A program made the translations under genes and the position numbers. A stretch of 51,924 nucleotides of DNA, filler included, from Jimgerdemannia flammicorona (Eukaryota), in NCBI GenBank assembly GCA_003990765.1. It is 2 parts of 2 records of this genome, joined end to end, with 100 filler letters (N's around TTAATTAATTAA, not from the genome) between each part and the next. Parts side by side here need not be neighbours in the genome. Positions count along the whole stretch, not along the records: positions 1 to 25,912 come from RBNJ01000776.1; 1 more part is not named here. One strand, 5' to 3'. This document shows, piece by piece, positions 1 through 11,558 of this stretch (position 1 is the first letter of the stretch; each line of letters starts with the position of its first letter). The notes beneath the pieces were generated by a model, which saw only the letters and a list, made by a program, of their open reading frames with translations, did not search any database and had not been told where the DNA came from.

Positions 1-198
1 GGCGGCGGCGCCCCCACCTATCACGGCAACTGGCGCTGGTGCCTACCATATTGAAATATTCTGAGCGGTTAGTTTACTTCGTCCGCGTGCGTACCTACCC
101 TGCTTCTTTCTACCTGCCCTGTGCAACGTAAGCCAGACTAACTCGACCTCCCCTGCAGCCGCGGAACTTATACCATCGTCGTGCAGCAACACTGGTGA
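1..198 (+). CDS. possible 3' end of an unidentified spliced gene (exons <1-67 and 159-198)
   Basis: GTTAGT donor at 68, CTAAC branch site and CAG acceptor at 156-158 join RRRPHLSRQLALVPTILKYSE to RRGTYTIVVQQHW-stop. No family recognised. Confidence 0.3.
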
Positions 199-1584
199 TT
201 CAGGCAGCGCGAGCACCACCGTCGTTTATACCGTTCCAGCATGCCCCGCCCCGCGTCAAGAGTGAGCGACCGGCCTTGAACACACACATCCAGACCATCA
301 CGTGGACTTTCTGGTAGGATAAAATATGTCGTAGGCAGGTTGGTTAGTATCAGTGATAAGAGCTGAGATTACTTGGCGGCGAATTCGTTCCCAGCTGTGA
401 AAATGATGTAACGGTGAGAGTGGGTGATGGAGTTCTATTTTCTATGTTATACTTAATTCTCGACGGTCGTCCTGCTGCATATCACCACTAATCTCAAACA
501 GGCGTCAGAATTCAACTCGACGAGACAATCGCAAAAGGCGTGGTGCGAAAACCGGCTAGTCGTCCGTGCCTCGATCTGCGCCGCATTGACGACGATGCGA
601 TCGCATGTCAAACTGTCGACGTGATCAGAGGTATGTCATGGTTGTTTGTTGTTTCAGACGTAAGATTAGCTCATGTATCGTTGGCTCTCCAGCTGGAATT
701 TGTAGTAACAGGTTACTTTATATTTCGGTTCTTCTAGGGCATGGGGCGCGCAATCCATACAAGCTACCACGCCCGCGCAGTTATGAACATAAGTAGCGCG
801 ATGCATGTATTAATACATATGAATAAAATATATATAATAATCATCTCTGGACACCGGAATTTACTTGGGGGCCACTTGCCGGTGGGGTTCGCAATCTTGG
901 GCGCCACAATCTTCACCCTGATCTTCTGCTGCGTTGGTTTCGGCTGCTCCGACGATGACGACAGCCTAGACTGATCGAAGGTCTCGCATGGCAAGACACC
1001 TGGGTACGCGTCTCGAAGGTGCCTTATGTGCTCAACGAAAAGTGAACCGACAAGATTCGGTTTGTCGGTTTTGGCCTCTTCACAGATGATCTCTCACAAC
1101 CTTAGGAATGCCGGATGCATGCACAAAACATGGTATGGAGTGGAAATGGGGGCGTGGGACTGGCACCGAAGGAAAACGTGTAGTTGCCGTTGCCAGTGCG
1201 GTCGCGGTTACCGCTTGGCACATACGTATTGCACAAAACGTCAGTCAGGGCTCGCGTCCAACATCGTAAGGAATGGAGTAGAATGCCATCGTGGTTGTGC
1301 TTGCCACCAGTAGGGCAGTTGGCATGCTAGTTAGGCTGAGACACGTTGTCCATAGAGATCGTTGTAGTATGGCCAAGTAGCAGGGTAGTTGTTCTGGCTA
1401 GTTGCTACTAATTATATATATTTACTGAAGAGTATTATTGATCTATTTTATAAAAAAGAAAAATTATATCTTAATCATATAAGATAATGATATGTTTTAG
1501 ATTTTCTATGGTGTAAGCAGAACCTTAATTAGCTGACAGCAGTTACAACAGATGTGCTGTAGTGTACTTCTGAGAGACATGGGC

Positions 1585-3607
1585 TGTAAGAGAGTTACTT
1601 TGTTAGAGTACAGTTACATAGTTCTGGAAGGGTTTTCTGGATGTTCTGGAAGACTGTTTTCTTTAAGGTCAAGATCAATTTTATATGGAGTACATTCTTT
1701 ATGCTTATTGATTTCAAGATTAGATTGATATCTCAACCAAAGTTCCTTTTCAGACTTGTTCTAGATGTTTAGGATTTTCCATATTTTAGAAAGTTCAAGA
1801 AACTAAGACTAGCTTAATTGAATTGGTGTATTGCTACAGACAATACTCAATTAGGAAATTTTGAAATCTAGTTAGAAGTGGGACCTAATGGGTGTGCAGA
1901 TTTACTTAAGAGTAGTTTATAGTTATTAAATAGGTTTATTCACTATTTATAATATTACTATACTAGGAGTAGTATATAAAGAGATATTTATATAGAGAAG
2001 TATTCTTAACTTATTTATTTGTATTTTTGTTTGAATTTCTGAGGTCTGAGAGAGTAGATATTTATACTAATGAGAAACTATCTAGGCTATACTAATTATA
2101 AGTATAGTACTTAGTACTTTGATAAGTCAAAATGCAGTTATATAGTATAAGTATGAACTGATATGTCAAGAGATCATCTGACTGATGAGTTAGTATACAG
2201 TTATGTAGTATAAGATTAATTTAACTATACTAATAACTGCTAAGCTATCTATAGATTTAGACACTATCTGTATATTCTTCAATGAGATCATTATTGATAA
2301 TATTATCTCTGATGAAGTAGTTATCTAGAAAGAGTGGTTCTTGAATTATATCTCTCTATTTGTTCATATAGTAATAAGTTAGAACTATGTCACTATTCTA
2401 TAAGATAGTATCATCTGTCTCATATGTTGAATAGAGTATTAGTAGGTAGAGAAGAGATATATCATCTTTGTTTTTATCAGATTTGCTGTCAATATATCTT
2501 TAATAGATTATAATACTATATATTATAGGGTTATAGTATACTAATAGCTATGGTTCATTTTATTCATACTCAGAAGGTGGGGTTGTTGGTTTGATTTTAA
2601 GAGTTATCTGGAGATATAAGTTATATTCTCTAGTCTTTTTATTATAGTTAAAGTAATTAGATATAAATGTAAATTGATACTTATACCAGTGGCTATTATC
2701 TCAATAGGCCTTGTAGATAGCTATAAACTGTTGTAAGTTTATTAGCAAGATTGGTAGAGTGATTAGAGTTGGTAGAGATCCTTGGCTAGAGGTCATATTG
2801 ATATCAGAGAGATCATTATCTTCTGCTTCATTATTATTGAACTAGATTATATTATAGACATCCTTTATGGTATATCCAACTTAGAGTATTTATAAGATAT
2901 AGTTATTAGGATGTAGAAAGAGTCTATCTGTAGTCTGAGCATACTTAATATACTTGTGGTTAAGTTCTATACCATATCATCAATTTGGCTATAGAATAGA
3001 GTGTCAACTATTTTAGCAGTAGTAACTCAGAGATAGAGAATAAAGATACTATACTTGTAAAAGAGTTTTTGGTATTTGTAAGTTATAAGTTTATATTTTG
3101 ATAATATTTATATTGTGGTAGTGCTAACTATATCTTCTAAAAGACAACCAATCTGATAGTAGCTTAAGATTTATCTAATTCAATAGACTTTACTAAATAT
3201 GTTCAGGGCATTCTATCAGACTTTTATAAAATAAAGAGGTGCTAGACTATGGATATTCATGAGAGGTAGGAGAGCTGTAGCTTGATTGATAATGATATTC
3301 CAAATATCAGTATAAATATAGTTGTAGATTTCAGTAGTTATATTTAGATATATATTTGAGAGTTATAGTTATTTGTTTGGTTTGTTTATAGTTCTCTATT
3401 TTAATATATTTATATATTCAATATATACTTTCAGTCCTAATTGAAAAGGTTTCATTTTTATAAATCTTGTATTTTATAGCTTCAAGTTGACTTAGCTTTA
3501 TAATCTATAACTTCAGTTTAACTCAGTTTCATGATCTTATATGTAGTTTCTGAATTTGTTCTGAGGGTGATATATGATTTTGGTGGCTTAGAGGTTGTGT
3601 ACTTACA
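1585..3607 (-). repeat. LTR-like segment bounded by TGTAAG...CTTACA (putative long 3' LTR)
   Basis: Terminal inverted hexamers at 1585-1590 and 3602-3607, with the PPT immediately inside (3608-3619). Bases 1585-1734 recur inverted at 26041-26198. Confidence 0.5.
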
Positions 3608-3734
3608 ACTCTCCCCTTCTTAGCTTTTGATATTCTCATCAAATTTTTCTAATTTGATCTAGTATTATTACACTATTTGAATGATCAAAAGTTCAGTAAT
3701 GTTTATTTTTCTCTAAAAGTGATATACTCATAGT

Positions 3735-4125
3735 TAGTACTTCCAATGAATCGAATCAAATCAAATTTGGCCCAAACTCAATTCGATTCAATCGAATCAA
3801 AGGTCCAATTCAATTCAAATTTTGATTTGAACCTTAATTTTCAAAATATAATAACTTGACGAAAATTCATCCAAATTTAATATATTTTAGCTTGTTAGAT
3901 TCACCATATTAATATGATTCTAACAAGTTAAAGTACATTAGATTTGGATGAGTTTACACTGAGTTATTGCATTTTGAAAATTAGGGTTCAAATCAGACCC
4001 TCAATTTGATTCGACTTTTGATTCGATTCAAATTGATTCAAATTGAAAAATCCCCAATTTGATTCGACTTGTTTAACCCTCAATTTGATTCGATTCGAAT
4101 TGATTTGACTTGTTTGGGAGTACTA
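3735..4125. mobile_element. non-autonomous hAT-type MITE (391 bp)
   Basis: Termini TAGTACTTCC / GGGAGTACTA, perfect 8-bp target duplication CTCATAGT (3727-3734 and 4126-4133), subterminal ATCGA/ATTCG repeats and a long central palindrome. Confidence 0.85.
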
Positions 4126-4439
4126 CTCATAGTATAGTTATCTAATATATTAGATTTATATATTAAAGGGTCATATATTCAATGCTATATATTAGAAGTG
4201 ATTCTGATGTTATATATCTCATTTCCCACCAGTGATATAGAGAAAATAGGCTGTCTTTTAGTTTTGCTATTTTTCTAAAGAGTTAGTATTTCTTTTGTCT
4301 TAACTTATTGAGTTTTTGATTTTGTTCATGATAATTATAAGGGTACTTTTAACAATATTCAGAAGGGGTAATATATAGTACAGAACTAATAGGAGTATTC
4401 AAATTTAGTTGTTCATAGAATTATATTCTTAAACTAAGT

Positions 4440-4819
4440 CAGTGGTATTCTGGAGATTAGTTTTGGATTTCTATATTATATTATAGATCAGATATTCTTT
4501 CTATTTGACAAGGTATTCTGAATGGTTCTGATTGCCATATTTGTTGAGGATTTGTTCAACTTTGTATTCTTCTTAATTATTAATAATAACAGGTGCTAGT
4601 AGTTTTGTAGTTTGATTTGAAAAATAGTTTGTTGTCATTTTCATTATTTTGCTTGAGATATTAGACATTGAAGACAGAGTAAATCTTATAATATCTAGTA
4701 GTGCCAATTTGTAGAAAGTTGGAGAGACTTGTACAATAACTTCAAATAGTCTAATAAATTTACTATTCAGCTTTATAGAGGGTCTATGCTTGAGATTATT
4801 AACTTAGTATTCTCAGATA
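4440..4819 (-). pseudogene. retrotransposon integrase C-terminus plus chromodomain relic
   Basis: LKHRPSIKLNSKFIRLFEV...FYKLALL... followed by EEYKVEQILNKYGNQNHSEYLVK*KEY. Stops are consistent with G>A/C>T changes. Confidence 0.75.
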
Positions 4820-6376
4820 TAATGTGTTTCAAAACTGAACCAATGTTTTATTAAATTTTACATTTTAATTATTTTAAATATATATGCTATATATAAATAT
4901 ATATATAATTATACTATATTGTAGCCCTATATCAGGGGTATCCAGAATATTAAATTTATTTTATTTAAGATTAATATAACTATAAAAAGAAATTCCCAAA
5001 AAAAAATTATTAGTTCAGTTTTGTAACCATTATACATTTTAGTATTTAATGTATCCTCCTTTTGCTTTATATACTGCTTGGATATATCTCAGTATACTCT
5101 CAACTAATTTCTTATAAATATCATCTAGAATGGTATTCTATTTGTCCTCCACCCTATCCCAGAGCTCATATATACCCTTTGAATATTCTTTATATATGTT
5201 GAGTTATCTCTTAATATGTGCCCATAAATGCTCAATGAGATTGAGGTCAGGCAATTATATAAGCCAGTCTAAAAGATGAAGTATATATTTCTTGAACCAT
5301 TTCTTAGTAGTATGTGATGTATGCTTGGAGTTATTATTTTGTTGAAATATTTTCCTCTAACCAATCTTGAAGTATTTAATCAATTTTTTCAGTTTGTTAT
5401 CAAGGATTGATTTGTACAGCTTGGCATCTATTTTCCTGTTGATTTTGCATACATATCCCATATTATAGTAATTTATACATCTCTAAACTATAATTAATCT
5501 ATCTCTGAATTTCACTATTAGTGTCACATATTTCTCTTTGAGCAGGATCCCTGACATTTTCCACACCCATTCTTATCTGTCAGACCCAAAATAATTGATT
5601 TTGATCTTATCCAAGAAAATGACAAGTTTTCAGTCATCAATTATCTAGTCTCTGTACTTATATATGAAATCATAGTAAGTTTTATTATACCAGCATAATA
5701 ATCTTAGCTTTTTTTTGCTTGACTATGGCCTTCAAACCAGCCTCTTTTAGGATCCAACATATTATTTGAGTACTTATAGTCAGTCTACTATTGATTTTAA
5801 ATAGTTTTGAGGCCTTTGGTAGTATATCTACCTTACTGTCAGTTACTTGATAAATGAGTCATGACTTATCACAAGCAGAGAGTTTGCTCAGATGACCTTC
5901 TTTTGAGATGACATTATTGTCACAATAATTGTTTCTAATTTGGACAATAGAGGTTTGACTAATGCTAGTCTCTTTTGTAATTTTTCTTATTGTTATGCCA
6001 GAACTTAGCATATTAATAATAATATTGCACATATTCAAGGAGAGTTTCTTCATACTTATTTTAAAGGAAATAAATTTTACAGAGAGATAGAGATATGGTC
6101 AAAGAACAACTATGCAAAATTTCAGATATTTATGTCAACTATAGGTCGGTCTACTACCAAATATATGTCTTTTGATGATGATATTATAAAACTGAATCAA
6201 TAATTTTTTTTTTATGGTTAAATTAATATTAATTAAACTAAATTTAGTATCCTTGGATACCTCTGATATAGGGCTACAATATAGTATAATTATATATAAT
6301 TATATATAGTATATATATTTAAAATAATTAAAATATAAAATTTAATAAAACATTGGTTCAGTTTTGGAACACACTG
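4820..6376 (-). mobile_element. Tc1-family (DD34E) DNA transposon with long TIRs, inactivated
   Basis: About 200-bp TIRs (left TAATGTGTTTCAAAACTGAACCAATG..., right reverse complement CAGTGTGTTCCAAAACTGAACCAATG...). TA flanks at 4818-4819 and 6377-6378. Confidence 0.9.
5039..6053 (-). pseudogene. Tc1 transposase pseudogene
   Basis: N-terminal HTH (MKKLSLN...SGITIRKITKETSISQTSI). FQQNNNSKH (decayed QQDNDPKH) is followed 34 residues later by the E of LPDLNLIEHLW. C-terminal KAKGGYIKY*. Many stops. Confidence 0.88.
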
Positions 6377-6378
6377 TA

Positions 6379-6700
6379 GGGTTCTCTTGTTTTAACCATG
6401 GAGTCCCAAGGATGATCTCATTGTCAGGAAGTGATATGATTTGAAGTGTAACATATACTCAGTAGTTACCAATTCTGAAGAGTAGGTTGTAGACTTTCTT
6501 ACTAATAATATATAAGATTCTATCAGCTATAGTAACTACTTGAGTTTGTTGTACTGGAGAGTCAGAACCTTGAGTCTGTTGGCTGTTTCTTCATTGATGA
6601 AATTGTCTGAGACACTACTGTCTATTATAATCTTAACAGATATCCAATTAATAAATACTTAGAGAGTAAGCAGTTTGTCTAATCTAATGATAGTAATTTC
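6379..6700 (-). pseudogene. retropepsin-like protease relic of the chromovirus
   Basis: VFINWISVKIIIDSSVSDNFINEE ... LPDNEIILGTPWLKQENP. Confidence 0.75.
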
Positions 6701-7051
6701 TATTATAGGAGATTTTCTTTTATTGGTTCTCCTTTGGGCCAGTTCATTGACACAAGAGAAGCAATCATCAATTATTCAAGAAGAGTACATTCTAATACCA
6801 TGGTAGCATTGGTCACTTAGTACAAATCCATCTTTGATTTTCTTGTAGAATTGTTCTTGCAATATCTTGACATAGTATATATCCTTATATGTACTAAAGA
6901 AGTGTTTCTTAGCCACTAAGTGGAACTCATAACCTTTGTTGTAACTATGAAGTGGATACTGGAGAAAGATCAAGCAGCTGTTTATTGATCGATCCAAATT
7001 GCGCATTTTTACACGTCAATAAAATGATGACGTATTCTAAGAATCACGTTT

Positions 7052-7506
7052 CTAAGCCACATTATCGAGATAGGAATTTAGTACGGTTTTGAGATTAAGT
7101 TCGGTCAAGGTCGTATTCATCTTCAGAGACTTAGCAAGGGCGCATGCTCCTTTGTCGCCAATATTATTCCCTTTACACTTAAGTACTGATCGTGAGATTC
7201 ATTCCATCACGCAGTTCTGACATACATTCGAGATTCAGCTCGGTCAAGGTCGTGTTCTGATTGAGACACTCGGCTAGGGCACTGGCCCCCTCGTCGCCAA
7301 TGTCATTATCTTTAAATTGAGCGAACACGCACAGATCGTGAGCCTAATTGCATCACGCAGCTGCACAAAACGCTCCACCCAGTTCTAAAATACCCGAGAG
7401 ATTAAGAGCGGAAAGGATTGTTTTCTGTTTCAGAGAGTCAGATATGGCTCTGGTCCCCTCGCCGCCAATGCTGTTACCTTTAAAATAAAAAAAATAAAAA
7501 TAAAAA

Positions 7507-7552
<46 letters not shown>

Positions 7553-10500
7553 AACGAGCGAAAACGTGCGCCATTCCACAAAGCAACTACATATTGCTTT
7601 ACACAGTTCCTATATACATGAGATTCAACTGGTCAAGGTCTTATTCAACTTCAGAGACTCGGCTAGGGCACCTGCCCCCTCGGCGCCAATGGTATTATCT
7701 TTAAAATGAACAAGGGAGGAGCAAATATGCACAGATTGTAAGCTTCATTTCATCACGCAGGCACACACAATACTTCACATAGTTCTGACGTACGGCAAAG
7801 ATTCAACTTGGTCAAGGTCGTGTTCTGCTTCAGAGTCTCGGCTAAGGGCCGAGCTCCTTCCGTACCAATGCTATTACCTTTTAAAAAAATAGGAAATGAG
7901 TGAACATGCAGATCATACACTTCATCCCATCGCGTTCAGTTCCATCAAGCTTCAGAGACACGGCTAGGGCACGGCCCCCTCGTCGCCAATGCTATTATCT
8001 TTAAAATGCATAGAGAATGAGCGAACACACACAGATCATGACCTCTATTCTATCATGCAGCTGCAAACGATGATTGACACAGTGCTGACATACTTTCGAG
8101 ATTCAGATGGGTCAAGGTTGCGTTCTGCTTCAGAGACTCGGCTAGGGCGCAGACGCCCTCGTCGCCAATGTTATTATCTTTAAAATAAAGAGGGGACGAG
8201 CGAACAGATACAGTTCGTGACCTTCGTTCCGTCATGCTGCTGCACAAAATGCTTCACATATTTTTGAGACTCAGCTGGGTCAAGATTGCGTTCTGCTTCA
8301 GAGACTCGGCTAGGGCACGGGATCCTTCGTTATCACTGCTATTATCTTTAAAACAAACAGAGCGTGAGCGAACACGCACAGATCATAAGCTTCAACTCAT
8401 TATGCAGCTGCACACAATGCTTCTCAAAGTTCTGACATACTGTAGATATTTAGCTCGGTCAAGGTCGTGCTCCGCTTCAGAGACCCGGCTAGGGCACGGG
8501 CCCCCTCGTCGCCAATGTTATTATCTTAAAATGAAGAGGGATAAACGAACATGCAAAGATCATGAAATCCGCTCTACTCACACAGTGCTGACATACTTTC
8601 GAGATTCAGCTGGGTCAAGGCTTTGTTATTCTTCAGAGACTCGGCTAGGGTGCCAGCTCCTTCGTCGCCAATGTTATTATCTTTAAAATGAACAGGAGAT
8701 GAGTGAACTCTCCCAGATCGTGACCTACATTCCATTATGCAGCTGCACACAACGCCTTGCAAAATTCTGACATACATTTGATATTCAGCTCCTTCAAGGC
8801 CATGTTCTGCTTCAGAGATTCGGCTAGTGCGCAGGCTCCCTCACTGCCAATGTTATAACCTTATAAGTAACAGAAGGTGAGCGGAAACGCACAGATTATG
8901 AATTCCATTCCATCACGCAGCTGCACACAATGGTCCACTATTCTGATATACCGTTGAGGTTCAGCTTCGTCAAGGCCGTGTTCTGCTTCAGTGACATAAT
9001 CAAGGCGCGGGCTCCCTCGTCGCCAATGTTGATATCTTTAAAATGAACAGGAGATGAGTGAACACGCACCGATTGCGAGCTTCATTCCATCACACATCTG
9101 CACAGAATGTTTCACATACCTTCGAGATTTAGCTCGATCAAGGTCGTGTTCCACTTCAGAGAGTCGGCCAGGGCTTCAGCCCCCTCGGCGCCAATAACAT
9201 TCCCTTTAAAACGAGCGAACACGCATCGATCGTGAGCTTCCGTTCATCACACAGCTACACAAAAATGCGCCATACAGTTCTGACATACTTCTAAGGTTCA
9301 GCTCGGTCAAGGTCGTATTCTGTTTCATAGGGCGCGAGCACCCTCATCGCCAATGTTATTATCTTTAAAATTAACAGGGGATAAGCAAACTCACATAGGC
9401 CGTGAGCTTCATTCCATCATACAGCTGCACACAATGCTTCGCATAGTTCTGACACATACATTCGAGATTCAGCTCTGTCTAGGTCGTGTTCTGGCACAGA
9501 GATTGAACTAGAGCTCGGGCCCCCTCGTCGCCAAAACATTATCTACAGAATTAACAGGGATTAGCAATCTCACGCAGGCCGTGAGTATCCTTCCATCATG
9601 TAGCTGCACATAATAATTCCGGCATACCTTCGATATTGAGCTTAGCCAAGGCTGTATTCTGCTTCAGGAACGCGATTAGGATGCGTGCCACCTCGTAACC
9701 AATCTTATTTGCTTTGAAATGAACAGAGGATGAATGAGTATGCACAGATTGTGAGCTTCATTCCACTAAACAACAGTGACATACCTTCGAGATTCAGCTT
9801 AGTCAAGGTAGTGTTCTGCTTCAGCGTCTCGGCCGGGGCTTCGGCCCCCTTGACGCCAATGTCATTACCTTTAAATTAAGCGAACATGAGTTTCATTCCA
9901 TCACGCAGTTGCGCACAAAGTTTCACACAGCTTTGACATACATTTGAGATTCAGCTCGCTCAAATTAACGTTCTGCTTCGGAAACTCATCTTGAATGAAG
10001 GCCCCCTTGTCGCAAATGTTATTATCTTCATAATGAATAGGAGATGAGCGAACATGCACTATCGTGAGCTTCATTCCATAATGCACTCGCAAGCAACTCC
10101 TCACACAGTTCTGATATACCTTGGAGATTCAGCTTGGCCAAGGCCCATTGTAACCGATCTTATTAGCTTTAAAATGAACTGGGAATGAGTGAACATGCAA
10201 GGTAGTGTAACCCTCCCCATCACAAAGCTGCACATAATGCTTCATGCAATTCTGACATACTTACAAGATCCAACTCTACCAAGATCGGGTTCTGCTTCAG
10301 AGAGTCGGCCAGGGCTTTGGCTCCCTCGGTGCCAATGACATTCCCTATAAAATGAGGAAATAAGCACATGCTGTGAGCATTATTCCATCACGCAGTCGCA
10401 CACTATATTTTATACCGTGTTAACATTCAGTTTGATCAAGGTCGTGTTCTGCTTCAGGGACTCGGCTAAGTCGCCGGCCCCCTCGTCGCCAATGTCATTA

Positions 10501-11558
10501 TCTTTGAAATGAACAGGGCATGAACGAACACGTATATATCGCGAGCTTCATTCCATAACAGCTGATGCACACAATACTTTACACACTTCTGACATACATT
10601 CGAGATTCAGCTCCATCAAGGTGGTGTTCTGCTTCAGAAACTCGGCTAGGGCGTGGTCCTCTTCGTCACCAATGCCATTATCTTCATAATAAAGAGGAGA
10701 CGAACAAATACTTACAGATTACGAGGCTCATTCCAAAACTCAGCTGCACGCAATGCTTCGCACAGTTGGACATACCTGCGATATTCAGGTTGGTCAAGGC
10801 TGTATTCTGCTTCAGAGAATCGACTAAGGCGAGTCCCCCCTCGTGGCCGATATTATTCGCTTTGAAATTATCAAGGGAAGATCGAACAAGCACAGATCGT
10901 GAGCTTCATTCCAACATGCAGCTGCACAAAATGCTTTATTCAATTCTGATATACCTGCAAGGTTCATCTCGGTCAAGGTCCTGTTCTGCTTCAGAGACTT
11001 AGCTAGGGCTTGGGCCCCCTCGACGCCAATACTGTTGTCTGAAGATGAACAAGGAATGTGGAAACACGTGCAGATTGTGAGCTCCGTTCCATCGTGCAAC
11101 TAAAAACAGTGGTTTTCACAGTTCTGACATACCTTGGGGATTCAGTGCAGTCAAAGTTATGTTCTGCTTCAGGAACTCCGATATGGCACGGGCCAACAGA
11201 AGGCCGATACCGTTTTCTGGATGTGATTAGAGGATGTGAGTGCACCTAGATTATAATCTTGCTTCTACCCCAGCTACAAAGAATATTTCTCAAAATTCTG
11301 ATGCACCCCTGAGGGTCGAGCTTGGTCACGTTTGTGTCCTTTTTCAGAAATTCGATGAGAGGGCGCTTTGCACTGTCGCCTATGTACTTCCCTGAAGATG
11401 AATAGAGATGAGCAGCCATGCACAGGATGTTGATTTGTTTGCTGAAAAAGATTTTCACATTTTTTCAGATATACCGGAGAGATTTAACTCATGCGAGGTC
11501 GTTTTCTGCTTTAATATCTCGGGTAGGATGCTGGCCTTCTCATCGCCGATTCTGCGTT
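7052..11558 (-). repeat. tandem array of ~27 exon+intron units (~160-180 bp), each exon encoding one 28-aa LRR
   Basis: Intact 84-nt AG/GT-bounded exons at 11475-11558, 11133-11216, 10955-11038, 10776-10859, 10598-10681, 10261-10344, 9942-10025, 9785-9868, 9628-9711, 9120-9203, 8952-9035, 8776-8859, 8597-8680, 8441-8524, 8094-8177, 7794-7877, 7394-7477 and 7226-7309; terminal exon 7052-7170. Consensus xNxIGDEGAxALAESLKQNTTLTxLNLx. The introns are mutually homologous (GTATGTCAGAA...TGTGCAGCTG...ATGGAATGAAGCTCACGATCTGTG...TTCATTTTAAAG). Confidence 0.95.

Larger units (their letters stand above)
1585..6985 (-). mobile_element. degenerate, 5'-truncated Ty3/Gypsy chromovirus relic with nested insertions
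   Basis: Minus-strand relics of an aspartic protease (IIDSSVSDNFI ... IILGTPWLKQENP, ~6380-6660), the integrase C-terminus (KLNSKFIRLFEV, a decayed GPF motif) and a chromodomain (EEYKVEQILNK...EYLVK*KEY, ~4490-4575). A polypurine tract GAAGGGGAGAGT abuts TGTAAG at 3607. Very AT-rich and CpG-depleted. Confidence 0.8.

Noticed and set aside
300..1400. Protein-like minus-strand stretches truncated by the retroelement
   Set aside because: No family recognised and the frames contain stops; not supportable as a feature.
7482..7550. Long poly(A) run inside the LRR array (similar runs at ~15518, ~17207, ~26013 and ~36514)
   Set aside because: Expanded intronic polypyrimidine or homopolymer tract; no TSD or retroposed body, and its length is unreliable.
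7052..11558. Regular repeat-spacer look of the array, suggesting a CRISPR-like locus
   Set aside because: Both parts of each unit are homologous between units, the conserved part is an LRR-coding exon with splice sites, and the context is eukaryotic with no cas genes.
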